64,000 nt of DNA, from assembly GCA_036172245.1 (NCBI GenBank), contig JAYWIR010000053.1, positions 930,001-994,000 of the forward strand, read 5' to 3'. Below the pieces are notes generated by a model. That model ran no database searches. It was not told the DNA's origin and saw only the letters and a program-made list of their open reading frames with translations. Source of the DNA: Raillietiella orientalis (taxonomy: Eukaryota). A program made the position numbers and the translations under genes. Positions 25,964 to 39,000 of the stretch are shown piece after piece (the stretch's first letter is position 1; every line of letters starts with the position of its first letter).

Positions 25964-27749
25964 TCTGTACCTCAATGCAAAACTCCGTCTTGTGGTTGCG
26001 CTCAATGACTCAGGTGGCAGCAACACTGCCCATACATCAGACACCTAATGGAGTGCACCAAACAGTTCTACCACGATTCCAAAATGCGACGTTGGAAAAA
26101 AAAAAAAGAATGACGGGTTTTGAACGCCGAGGTCCAACCACTGAGAGAATTAATGGCGAAATTCCTTGATTCGGAGACTCCGGACGTACCCAAAACACAT
26201 TTCCGTTCTATTCTTCATGGGTGGAAAGCTGTCAGGGTCGTCTTTACTGGTGGCCTTTGACACTGAAGAGAAATCCCATTTCTAACAAACAATCCCTGCG
26301 TTTCTCTTCATAGTCACCGTTTCTTCTGGCGTACTGAAGCTCAACGATTTGCTTCCCTTCGGAGAGAAGCAAATCGCTGAGCCTCTTCCGAAGAGATGGT
26401 GAAGGACTGTTTTCGCTCGCGCGGATTGCGATTTGATGGCGTTTCTGCGTGTCTGATCCTTCCAGTGCTTGCAATCACGGGAAGTGCAGCGAAGGCAGAC
26501 AAAGATGCAGCACAAGAATTTGTGGAAAAGGACCAATGAGTTAGTTAGAGGTCTTATTCGGCACCAAACTGCTGTGTTTGTGACCAGAGTTCCGTCTAAG
26601 GAATGCTCTATCACAAGTAATGACGGGGCTAGAAGAAAACAAGAGTTAATCAGCTGAAAATGGGTAGAAGGAAAAAATAAAAGCAAAGCAGTTCCTTTCC
26701 AGGAATTCCCTTGGCTGCTCGGATTCTCTAAAACCCGTAGAGAAGCGGGTTAATTTTTCCATGCACAGTTGGCAGACGAAAACTTCCTTTTTTTAATTTC
26801 ACAAATGCATGTGTATTTATCTGGTAATCTCCTCATATGTGATTATCAAGGGAAAATTCGAAGGCCAAAAAGCAGAGCTTGAATTCAACGTTTTCCCTGT
26901 TGCATTCATTGTCTTCAGCAGCTTACACTCACCGTCTTTTGCACCTTCCATTTTGCATTAATTTTTTCCCAAGGAACTGTTCAAATCTCCAATTTTATTG
27001 TCCACTGTTTCATTATTTCTACTCTCACCTGATCTGCAGCTTCACGTTATGCACTGTCTCGAGCACGGCTTTCACATCTAGTCTTTTGAGACTTCGGCAG
27101 CTACATACATCGGGTGGGATCTCGTGGTCTTTTCAGCGCTGCTGAGGGGATAACACTGCTATTTCCGATACCGAATTGCAGAACAGATGACCACCCCATT
27201 TTATCAGCTGCACAGTTTGCTGTACTCCATGCACCAGGAGTATCGAGGTCGGGCCGCTGCGGCACTTGCAAGAAACAGCAGCTTTCGGAATCAAATCATT
27301 TGGAGGAGGAGGACAGACAGTATATCGAGGAGCAGCGTCTTTCAAGGAGGCAGCTGAGAAACCGGTCTTTTTAAGCACCAACTAATATTTCATTCGGGAG
27401 AAAAGGCGGTGTGCAGTCTCCAAAACGGACGGGGAATGCATAATGGGAGAGACGTGGGCGAAAACGATTTGACAGTTGCGCACGGAGAAGAGCGACTTCT
27501 GGGAGCCAAAAAGCGCAACTGGAAACCTTACTCGAGTAAAAGGAAGCACCGAAAACTTTGCGTGGTTTCTTCTAAGAACCAAGAGAGTTCTTTAAGAGAG
27601 TTTCAACGTAGTCTTGGTGGACCTAGAGAACGTGATGTGTCTCCTTCAGTCCTCTTTATTTCGTCAACTCAACTCCAATCTAAGCAGTCTGCCCTTCCGA
27701 GATAATGCAATAGTTTCTCTGGAAGACAGGTGGCGACGGCTGCGATAGA

Positions 27750-30700
27750 TGAATGCATTCGCGTCCATGGATTTACTGGACCAGGGTGGCGCCGATTCCT
27801 TCACTAAATTTTCCGTTTGCCAGTGCGATCGGGAGGCATCCGACCGGGGTATTCAGACTGAGAATGGGCACCAGGGCTATGAGAATGCACTACTCCAAGC
27901 AGAGTGCAGGATACGAAATCGTAACCTTTTCCTCTCCTCTTCCAGAAAGAGTTCCCAAAGTTATGCAAACAGGAACAATGGCTGCGAGTCTTCAATTCTT
28001 CACTTTTTGGAGCCGAAGGAAAGCGAAACGAACGTTGTAGGTAGGGAGGAGAAAGATCCAGCCTCCAGCAAGACCAGAGTCCTTCTTATAGGCCGTTTGA
28101 TGCACGTCTAAGAGGGAAGCGTGCGATCTCCTTGGTGACTCTGGTTGGAAAATCCCACGATGACCGAACGCTCCCCAAAACGCGAGAGAATCGCGGGACA
28201 TCCGAACAGCCAAGCGCATACTTCGTCCAGACGGAAGCTGCAGCTGTGGAACCACAATTCCGATGGGCTTGAATTTTCGCCAAGGCACGTCGAAGCTGAG
28301 GAAGCGGGAAACACGTGGAAGTAGCTGCTGCCTAGAGCTCATGAGAGACCTCTGGCGCGGAAGAAGAAAATCACCAAGTCGCACAATGCCTGAGAAGAAC
28401 CCATCGGAAGGCCTTCCTTGACCGTTGCCGTTCTTTCGCTACGTGTGGGTGAGTGCCGCTGCCCAACAAGCGTGAGCATACTGAAAAATTTTACTAAAAT
28501 GGTACCGCTTCCAGACCAACAGCGAAGAAAGAAGGCATCGCGCAAGCTGCGAAGGACGTGTTCCCATAGTGCCGTGCGACCGCCTACGAAAGTGGAAGAG
28601 CTACGGATATTTCCCTTGCGGCTACTAGCCTCGTTTCTGGAAGTGCAACCCTGAATCTCCTGCTACCCAGCCAGCTGGAGGGTCCGACGGCGGCGGGAAA
28701 TGGTCATTCTCAGGCTACGAGCCTACAAATGCACCCTAAGAAACTTCGTTCCCTGAGACATCTCCGCAGCTATTTGCAGGAGGAGGTGCTGCAGGGCGAG
28801 GCGAAGTGGTCCCGTCTGGTCGCTACACCCCTTTCTGCAGCTCTGCTTGCCCTCAGGGCAAGAGAAAACAGTTGCCGACCAAGGACGGGTGCAAGTTCTT
28901 CCGCAGCAACGCAGGAGCGACCAAACCCCTGTGCGGCTGGAAGGCTGATGGATACCAGGGCTCCTTGTTCCAAGGCGAAGGGACCCCTTTGGTGGAGAGA
29001 ACATTCGGCTGCGTCTCCCGAAGGATTTGCGCTCCCTCCTTTGCGTCCGAATCCTCCCCCTTGAACTTGCAGTACGAGGTGCCGCAGCTTTCGCACTGGG
29101 ACCTCCAGTACAACCAGCGCCGGCACGTGGTCTCCAGAAGAGTTGCGTCCCTGAACTGCTTACGGTGAGGGGCGATCGAGCCGTTCCCGTACCTCCTGCT
29201 GGACTGCGGTGCCCTTCACGAACTGTGGTGGAGGTGTCTCCGGCGCTCTTGCACCCTGAGGACACCGCCGAAGACCTGCTGTGAAGATTTTTCGCGTGCG
29301 GAGAATTCTCGGTTGTGGTTGAGACAAGATGCTGGGTGCGTGCCAACGTCACAGCCCGCCATGTGCTGGAGTGTCTGGCTCAGCAAGGGGAGGTCATCCT
29401 CTTGGCGCTCTCATTTGGAAGAGAAAGTCGTGAAGGATCGTCTGCACTCTGCGCCGACAATAAACCAGGAGCGTCCAATGCAAAGACAAAGGTCCATTCT
29501 CCATTCTCCTTTCCTCCCGCTCTGGAATTCAGCAGCCAACCTGTGTGTCGGTGAACCGCCTCCACGGTCTTTTTGTTGTTGCCTTTGGGAACTATGTTCC
29601 CAATCTTTTTGTTTATTCTTGTCAAATGAAAGATCCTGCGCGACTGGATGAAAACAAGACCACCGCTCAACTTTAGTGGTCCACTCAAGAAGTTGTCCTC
29701 TTCAACCTCGCAAAATTTGGCTCCTGGAGAAGTAAATTTTAAGGCTGCGCATGGAGTCAGAGAAAACTCCTGCTGAGGGGAATGCACATCTTCTGCTTCC
29801 AAGGGTTGATACACGCGCAAGAGTTTCCTTGAGGTCTTAGAGACTCGAAGAGTTGCAGAATGCACACTGCGTGGGGAACGAACTCTTGGACGTGGCTTTC
29901 AGAAGTTTTGGAGGCGCCTTTTTGTGTCGTGGGCACGAACGGAACCGTCTTTTTGGCTCCACAGGATGGTTGCTTTCTGCCTGAAGGAGCCGTTTCGAGG
30001 TGATGAATCGCAGGCGACTCGGAGGAATGTATCAGCGGAAACAGCTGTGGGGATGCATTTCTGGCGTGCACCTGATGTTAGCAGACTGGAGAGATTACCC
30101 TTTGCACGCTCAAAGTACATTCCGGAAACATCCTTGCGATCCTTTCTGGAGCAAGGACTTTTCGAGCTCCAGGGCGTACATCTCTACACGAGGAAGAAAG
30201 TGCATCAGCTTTCGCCGAGTGGGAGCAGTCTTTTCCACGACTCTCAAGTTCACTTTCAGAGGCGCTCTCCGTTCTTCCGGTTTTGAAAAGACGAATCCAA
30301 GTTAACCTCGGTTTGCTTTTTATCCATAGCGTTGTTTCACGATCCTCGGTGTGCAGACACCAGACGTGCACGGTACGGATCGTTGCGAGTAGTGGCAACG
30401 TGTCGGAAGCTGTCTGTCGGATTCGCCAGCGAAAACGCAGCAAGCAAGGAGAGCGATTGGCCACCGGGTGGTCGATCACGGAGCGAATACCCCGACGGAA
30501 TCTCCTTGGCATCGGCATGGAAGCAGAGGAGGAACGCGATGCAAGCAGCGGTGCGAACACAGTCAGGCTTGGGCAAAGAAAACTCCACGATGCAGACAGC
30601 AGCCACGCAGAAAACACGCGTAGTAGATCAGCAGCGTTGGTGTGAGGATCAGCGCCAGCTGGTACTGAGGATAGCAACCGCCATCTTCGGTGGAGAAATC

Positions 30701-30800
30701 CTTCAGGATTCGCAGACACATTCTTGGTTGCAGAGAAATCGAGAGAACATAAGGACGCTGGAGGTCATTTTTCAAGCGGCCGTGCTTGAATTCCACAAAG
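27750..30800 (+). pseudogene. Heavily decayed LINE ORF2 (APE-RT)
   Basis: Scattered motif relics in the expected order: FTFWS (~28000), LPTKDGCKFFR (~28875, KxPGxDG-like) and GTMFPIFLFILV (~29590, QGxPLSPxLF-like). Many stops and frameshifts. Confidence 0.45.
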
Positions 30801-30825
30801 AGGATAGAGTGTTCGGCTGTTCGCG

Positions 30826-31507
30826 ATCGTTGATGGCCGTGTGCCTGCGGCCTCCGTGAGTGGTACCAAACGCTGCACGTTCAAATCCTGCCCAGACGAG
30901 GATCGACGCCGAGAAATGAGGGAGTGAGTCATGAATTTCGAGTCTTCCCCGCAGGATGACGCTGGCTGGCCTCGCTTGGCCTCGGGTGCGCCACTGGTGG
31001 AGGCAGACGGAAACCGAATGCTCCCATTGACTGCCGGGACTGGAAGTCGGCTCTCGGCGTGCCTCCCAGAAATCAAGGAGCCGGTTTCCTTCAGCGTTCG
31101 TTGCCCTCCGGTTGAGAAAATGGAGCCATGATTAATACATTCCTCGGGTGGTTGCCTCTCCAGAGCGTGAGTGCATCGCTCTCTTCGGAGTTCTTTTCAG
31201 GTAAGGAAACAAGGAGCGGATTCTTTCTGGATTCCTTCGAAGAGTTATCCTTCCGGAGAGAATAAGGAAGAGCTCTTTTCGGGGTTTCCTTCGGAAACAA
31301 CCTGGGCGAGGGTTCCCTTCGGGGCTCCCTCCCAAGCGTATGAGGAAGGAACTCCTTCCACTGAAATCTTCCTGGATTCATAGAGTTGCCCCCTAACTAG
31401 AGTCACGCGTAACCTCGGATGGCGTGAACGGTGTCAAAGAGCTTTATGAGCCCCTCTTAAGGAAACGCACGCTTCTTTTGCTCTCCTTGAGAAGCCAAAA
31501 AAGAAAC
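30826..31507 (+). mobile_element. tRNA-derived SINE, full length
   Basis: The head aligns with the reverse complement of 44270-44338. B-box GTTCAAATCC at 30879-30888, core ttcctggattcatag, A-rich tail. Confidence 0.85.
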
Positions 31508-31599
31508 TGGAAAGAAGGAAGCGAAAACAGAAGAACCCAGAAGGATTTCCGTCATCGCATCCTGAGGCTCCCTCCCTCTTTCCCTTGCTTTTTGTTTGC

Positions 31600-33070
31600 C
31601 CCATCCCACCTGACGTCAAGAGAAAGACCGATGACCTCCTGTGGGGCAAAGAGACCACAGGAGGTCATCGGAGGAGGAGAGTCCGCCTCAAAGACTTGTG
31701 TGCTCCGAGTAAGAATGGTGTACTGGACCTCCTTACGCTGTAGGGGATGTGGGGCGTCAGCTTTAGTTCAGAAGACTGGCCTTCTCGGGGATAATATGGA
31801 CCACATTCTGGTGTGAACCAGCACAGCTCCTTGCGAACAGCTGCGACCGGCTGCGAGGGACTCACATCGCATTGACTTCCTAGTCGCTCGCAAGAGATTG
31901 CTGAGGTGTTGCTGATACCAACGCTGTCAGATAGTTGCCCTACTGGAGATGAACAAATGGATCTCTTCCCTCCCGACGAACTACACTGCCTGGCTCCAGG
32001 AGTCGGTCTTCTCCTGGGGAAAGATCCACGAACAAGGCGGGGTACGCCTGCTTGTAGCGGGACATCAACAATCACAAATCGTTGGAGGAGATCGTCCGCA
32101 ATCCTCAGAAGATGCGGTGGGCCCCGTCTAACCCCCTTGCCTTAGTGCTGCCCCCTAAGGGACGCAAGAAACAGCATGACCCCGGCAAGGTGGGAAGCCT
32201 CCTGCTGCATAGCAGCAAAGACTTCAAATTCTGAAGGCATGGACAACTCTAGAAGTGACGAATGTTGCAATCCCGAGCGTCCTACCCCACGGAATTGTAT
32301 GCTGGGAGGAGCTGCTCTCCATTCCTTCAGAGGAGGTTAAGCGGCCCCTAGTGTGCTGGAACACTGACACTCTCTCCCTCAAATGGCAGGAGTTGGTGTT
32401 GCATGAGGAATCCTATGCAAAGCGTTTCTTTACCTGTGGACACGGGAAAGCGTGGACGCTAAGTGCTACAGGTGCGGGAAGGAGAAAGTCCTCCTGCACC
32501 TGCTGTTAGGCTGTGCTGCCCTCATACCCCTTTGTGATTGTCTAGCGACGATCCTAGAAATCCCAGTGAGATTCCCCAAGGGCATTTTCAAACGCCTCTT
32601 CGGGCGTGCCTCTCTGTCTCCAGACCCGTCCCTCGCAGCTCTCTGCTGTGTCAGCGGGATCGTGGAGGCTTGAAACACCAGAAGAGACCAAAATGTCAGG
32701 GATACTATCCACTAAGCATGGTTCTTCTTGAAGACCGCCTCGAGATGGCCTCACCTGGGCGTTACACGGACATAACTTGCTAGCATCCTGAACAGGGTGC
32801 AGAAGACTCCTGGAAGCGTACTGTAATCTCTTTCACGGTCTTATTCGCCCTCCCCGTGTATAATTTTTACTCCTGTATTTTTGTGTGTTTATTTTTTTTG
32901 TGGTTATTGTTTTCCCTTCCTTCACGTTGCCGAAGACGTCCGCGCCGGTCTGCGAACCGCTCTTTGACAGGTTCCTTGCATGTGGTAGAACCACGTGTTC
33001 TACCACGCAAATGCACTCTCATCAACTAATGTAATAAATGCCCTGGCATAACCGGGTGAGAATCATCATC
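31600..33070 (+). mobile_element. LINE family A 3' portion (post-RT, CCHC finger, 3' UTR)
   Basis: Reads LLWGK (~31640), VDAKCYRCGKEKVLLHLLLGC (CxxC...HxxxxC) and LKTASRWPHLG. Stem-loop at 32982-33006, AATAAA at 33033, terminal hairpin, then atcatcatc. Confidence 0.85.
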
Positions 33071-36000
33071 GCTTCCTGTGGTCTATCGAATCCCTGCCGA
33101 AGAGGGGAAGATCCCAGATGTGAAGATGCCAGAGGACTCTGGCTGCGCGCTGACAGCTCGAATGGGCCTCGCCTCACCTGTCGATGGAGAACTGAATGCA
33201 AACTGCCTGAGGGAGCCGTGCACTTCTTCGTTCCGACACCTCCGGATGCACGGATTCATTCGAATTCCAGACTCCACGACTGCAGCAGCTTTCGTCCGGC
33301 CGGAGGATGCGCTTCGCTGCTGCACCCCAGGGAAGACAGACTGACCAGGAGAGAGCCGCTTGAAGTTGCCTTCCTGGCCGTTTCTTTTGGCTCTCTGGGA
33401 GCCAAAGAATCCGGAAGTTTCCTGCGCGCTGTAGGACGAGATTCTGGGAATCGAAGAGAGAGGCCGGCTGGGTGCGGACGCCTATCGTCCTTTGAGGCTT
33501 TGGTTTCGACATACCATCGGTCCCAGACTGGAATGGACACGGTGGTGCACCCGACGCTGAGTCCACGAAATTCCCGCCAGGACTCACACATCCGAGACTC
33601 TTGGGAGAATCCTTGCAGTCGTGGTTATCTCATCCTGAGCGTTTCCAGGGCCCCTGTTTTGGAGGCGGAAGTGGCACTTTGCTCATTTCCACGCCTGTCC
33701 GTTCCACTCCGAGAGCACTCTCAGTCAGGACGATGCGGCGTCTCTGGATTCTGGAGTGGACTGGCGGGGAGAAGGCCGATCCACCTCGACTCCCGTGCTT
33801 TCCCGGACTCCGCACCGGGAAAGTCGAGAGGGGCTGCGAGAGAAATGACCAACTTCCCACTGCGACATTGCCTGAGGGAGCTCCAGAAGATGGTCCGGAC
33901 GGCGCCCACCCGATGCCACGAAGGATGAATCCTCCTGAGCCAACCGGACAGCTGCAGCATGCTTTTCATAGAAAAACCCTCGCAACAACTTTAGAAGAAT
34001 CTTCTCTCGCCTTCTCCTCGCTTAGGCGGTTGTGGCGCGTCTGAATCCGAGGGAGCTCTCCGCGCGTCACGCAGCAACGGCTGCTGCGAGGAACCCCGAA
34101 ATTCCAGCGACCGTCGGCTCCTCGCTGCCCGGCGTGCGGGATGTTGCAAGAGGTTCGATGACGTGCTGACGGGCGTGCGATCCGAGCCGCTTGAGAGGGC
34201 GCCTTCCCGTGCTCTGTGATTGGCGGCTATGAGAGTGAGCGGGTCTTCCCATTCCGCCTTATGCCACTCGGAACGAGCAGCCGCGTGGGAAAAGCACCCT
34301 TGCTTCTGGAGCATTATCATCTCCGGAAGGGAAGCTCGTTGGCATGGTATCTGCACCCGAAAGGATCCTTCTTCCCTTCTGGCATCATCTTCGCGCGCAC
34401 GCCGGCGTGATCCCGGCTTTCTTGCTCCTTCTTCACTGACCGTTCTGTCCCCGGAGCTTCGGAATGCTTGCGCCCGCAAGCATCACTAGCCATCGCGATC
34501 GCTCTGCACGACCACTCCCTCTCAACAGAAAGCCGCCCGAAGACCCCACAGAGGTGCTTTGCTTCGGCCAGCTTGCATTCCGTCAGAGGGAGTATCTGCT
34601 GGAAAACCAGGCAGATGACCGCCCTTGCCGCTTGAATCTGCGAGAGAATCAGACCGAAGGGACTCCTTCTGGAACCTCTCTGCTGTTTGCCTTCGCCGTC
34701 GCTCGTTCTTCCAGCTGCTCACTCGGTTGCGGCGCTCTTCAGCTTCTTCTCTTTGTTTGTCCTCACTTCCGCTCATCTGAAAGATCAATAACGGGGAACT
34801 TCGTGCTCGGTCGACTCCCTGCTGGCGCTGCGCCCGCAGAACCGTTTCGTGCAAAGGGACAGGAGCGTATGCCGCAAGGGCAGCATCCGCCCTTCTTCGA
34901 AGTGAGGAATCGTTCGCTTCTTCCAGGTCCTTCGTCGCGCTACTGCCTCTTCCCAATCAATTTTTTTTTCTTTCTCTCTTGCTCATTTTCATGCGTCATC
35001 GCGGATGGGATTGTCGGGTGACGAGCGCTCTCTGCCGGCACAAGGAGTGAGTAGTCCCCCGCGTCTGGAAGCGGGAGCTATTCTTCTCAGCTTTGGCTGT
35101 GAAATTCCCGATGAACCACGGGGGACCACGTCCCTTCTCATCCTTCCTGTCTGTCCTTCTCGACGCTTCCTGCGACGCCGTAAGACGCGGGAGAGCCCGC
35201 CCACCGGCCGGCGCATGGGAGGCAGGAAAGAAGTTCTGGAGAAGGGGAAGAGATGAGCTCCTGGGCGCGGCCCACGTTAGAAAACCCCACGCGTTGACTT
35301 GACAGCGGCTCCCGGCACACAGCCTGGCGAGTCTGCGGAGGCGCCATGTAGCCGCTCTTCGCTCCTTCCCCTGGCGGGGGACGAAGGACGCGGAAAAGAT
35401 GGGGAGAAAAGGCGGGAAAAAGAGGTCATGCCCTCTTGCCCGCCCGATGGTCGATGGCCGATCCCGTGGTCATCACAGGGCGCTTCCCTAGAGAGGGTTT
35501 TCTGCCCAAGTGTGCAACCGGGAACGAGGAATCTTCCTCCGCCGGCGGCTGGATGACCCTCTTTCGCCCCTTTCCCTCCCCCTGACGCCCTCTGTTGCAA
35601 GGCAGCTCTGGGGCCGAGCGCGCGCTAGCAAAATGAGATGATGATGATGGCGACAGTAGGAACGTGGGGTAATCTGCTCCCCCCTTGTTTCCATCGCTTT
35701 CTCCCCGTTCCCGAACCGCTGCCGTTCATCACCAACGGGAAGCGCGGGACTGGGAACAAACGACTTGATTTCCCCGGGAAACTTGGGAGGAAATTTTCAT
35801 CACGCGCCGGGACCATCACAATGAGGGAAATCAGGGAAGCCCCGCGGGAAAATGCGAGAACTGCGGACAAGGGAGGAGGGAGGAAGCGGGGAGTTTCTCC
35901 TGCGACTCCGGCATTCCTCAGGAAAAAAAGGGAACGCGTTTTCCCCCCCTCGGTCCGTCTCCCTCCCACCCCTCCTGGAGCCCCAGTTTCCCCTCGCGCT

Positions 36001-39000
36001 CCCTTCGACTTCTAGACTGCTCACGAATTTCTTCCCTTCCCGAGTGTGGGAAAGCCGAAAAGCAGCGCCTTCTCCCTCGCCCAGAGGTCTCGGGAGCACG
36101 AACCCTCGCTACTTCCCGGAGTTGCCGCTGCTCGCGCTGTCGTCGGCTCGGACTTCTCGGCCGAGCCGCTTGAGCTTTCGGAGGGTGCTGCGTCTTTCAG
36201 AGCCGTCGCCGCACCCTCCTCGGCGATCAGAGCTGGAAGGACGAGCGACGGCGAAGACAGTCGATCTTCTGGAATCTCTCTGAAACTCCTCCTCCTTCTG
36301 GAACATCTCTGCTGCCTTTCCAGCAGCAGAGATGTTCCAGAGTCCTTTTCGGCCTGATTCTCTCGAAGATTCTCCACAAGAACTGTCGTCTCCATTTGCG
36401 TTTTTCCAGTGCACCTGACGAGTATTTGGCAAGAATACTGCACTCACTCAATCGGCGGTTTATTAATATCTCACAAACAGCGCTGTATTTGGATGGTGCT
36501 CGCTAGCAATGGTGCTCGAGCGGTTGACATTTGCTAAGACAAACAGGTGCTGACCCATCTCGTGACGTCAGGTGGGTGATGAATCTGGTAGAGCCAGCAC
36601 GAGCGAAGTTTTCTCCCAGGAAAGAGGAGGGTCCCTCTGAGCAGAAGCGCGTGGTACGCAGCGGCGCTTCTCTCTCTCCGCATTATACCCGGCAAGTATG
36701 GCGGGCGAATCCTTGAGGCAACGCCCGGGACTCGCATCTTCTTCCTCTTTAGGCAAAAGCAGAGGTCGCTTGGGAGCCGAACGTGCGGAACAGGATCCGG
36801 AGTGCTCTGTTGTCTCTTGTGGGTGTCTTTCCGCCCCCTGCTGCACTCCGACAGCCACCTTAGAGACTTCCGCTAAGCTTTCATCTCAAAGCTTCGTCTT
36901 CCAGCGCAACTGGAGGCAAGCACGCGATGCAGCAAAGCCAAAAATGCTGCTTATTCGAGCCTCATTTGGGAGCTCCTCCTTATCCTGCATGTCCGAATTT
37001 CCCTGAAAGCAAAATTCCTTCCCGAAAGCATCTTGGCGGCGGGTTCTCTTGCCTATAGGGCACAGCTACAGTCCCGCTACTCAAAGACGCTTACGAACTC
37101 TGGATCAAACTGGAAAACTGGATGACAGGAGGACTTCCACGTAGGAGAAAGGAGTCTTTTTCTCCCGGGGCGCTGGATTTCTGGAGCTACCTCAAGCGAT
37201 GTCGGCGTTGTTTTCTGAGCCGAAAAGAATAAGCGAGGGTGTCCGAGTGTTACTTCTCTGCGGCATGCCTTGCGCCAGTTCGCTCCTGGAATGCACGCCA
37301 TCAGGAGCGCTGCTGGCCTCCTGACAAGACATCCACTCATGATGCCGGTGGGAGCAAGCGCCACAAGGTCGCGAGTGTGCACGCCCGTGCCCGGCTGGAG
37401 AGAAGGGCGCCGACCTACTACTTGAGTCCCTATGAACGCGCACTCCTTCCCTCGTGCAGACTCAGCTGGTTGCTACGGACGCTTCTCTTTTCCATTCTTC
37501 CCGCCGGAGGGAGTGCCCTTCGCGCAAGCGAACGCTGCCGGAGCCTTCAGCTTTTCCCATGGCAGCTGCTGGTCGCCTCTCTAGGAGGTGCTGTTGCCCT
37601 CAGAAAGGCAAAATGCCACAGGGCCTTCAGTTTGCCCGCCACAGTCTGCCCACACGAAGACGCACGTGTCGGATTCTCAGCGGGGATGTTTTTTGGAGTG
37701 CGTTTGCGATGGCAGCTTTTCATGACAAATCCTCGTAGCTGGCGCCGTGGCATACGACGCTGAAGGGGAATCTAAGCAACAGCCAGCGCCACTGAGGAGG
37801 CAGGCTGAAGCTCTGTTCGAAACTGAAGCAGAGGGGCAGAGTCACTACATGAAGACTGGGTCCCCCAAGCCGGAGACTGCAGCAGCAGTTTGTATACTGT
37901 GAGCCAGGGAGCCGGCAGAATGGTTCTAGGGAATCACTGTGGGTCCCGCATTGGTCCGTGGCAAGCGTCTCATCTGAGCTGAACTTGATCGTTTCTCACT
38001 CACGTCAGTAAGGATCTCTGGAGATTCTCGAGACTCTGTGGAAGACGTATTCGTGGTTCGGGAATTACTTTCGAATGCGGAAGGCAGCCATTTTCAAGCA
38101 CGATGCTTCGGAGAGCTCTGTTGTAGGGACCTCCTGAGACGGCGCAGCGATGGTGGCTCAATATGGCCTATGAAAAGCTTTGAAAGAGCGATTGAGTAGG
38201 CTTTCATGTGAAGGTAGAAGCTCATAAACTGTTAATAGAGCCATTTAAGACCTGACCGACTGCAAGTACCGGATTGATGTGTCCTCTTTTCTTACTGGAG
38301 GCAGTAGGCCCTACTTTTCATCGCTGTGCCGTGCTTGAAGGTGTACGGTTTATGTATTCTATTGGGACGATTGTCTTGGCAGCCACCCTGACATGAGACA
38401 GAGAGCCAATGAGCACGGACAATCCAGGCTTAAGGACTGCCAGCTTCTCTGTCCTACAAGGGAGTAGACCTCTTCTCTCTTGCCTGAGGGTGGTAAGGAG
38501 GAAGGCATCCTAAGTTCCGTGGAACTTTAAAGGTCCTCACTGGGTCCTAAAGCAAGCCAACCCGTCTTCATTGTGCTCCTCGCAGCCAGTATACCTACGG
38601 GATGGCAGATGGTGCATGAGCGTCTTCGACCCCTTCCTCCCTGGTCAGCTGAAATCAAATCATTCTCGTCCGCCTTGCTAACCTTGGAAGCCATTCGGAA
38701 TCCGGAAACGGCACCAGGAAGGCCAAATGGCCTCTTTGTTCGTTCGAGCGCCTTCCATTTTCTCCCGGTTGGCGGGGCGCTTCTGTTCCGAAAACAAACA
38801 GACGGCACGGATCGGCAAACGCACTAAACTGCAAGGGAGGGGACAAGACACCGATCAACTAAAAAGCGGGGAGGCGAGGGGTTGCCGGGCCACACCCACC
38901 GCGTCTTTTGTAACCAGCGTGCGATGCAGGTGGCGCCCTCTTCGACTCCAATTAGGTCACTTTGCCTCATCCTTCGTTACTGTGGGGTGGAGACCCGTGG

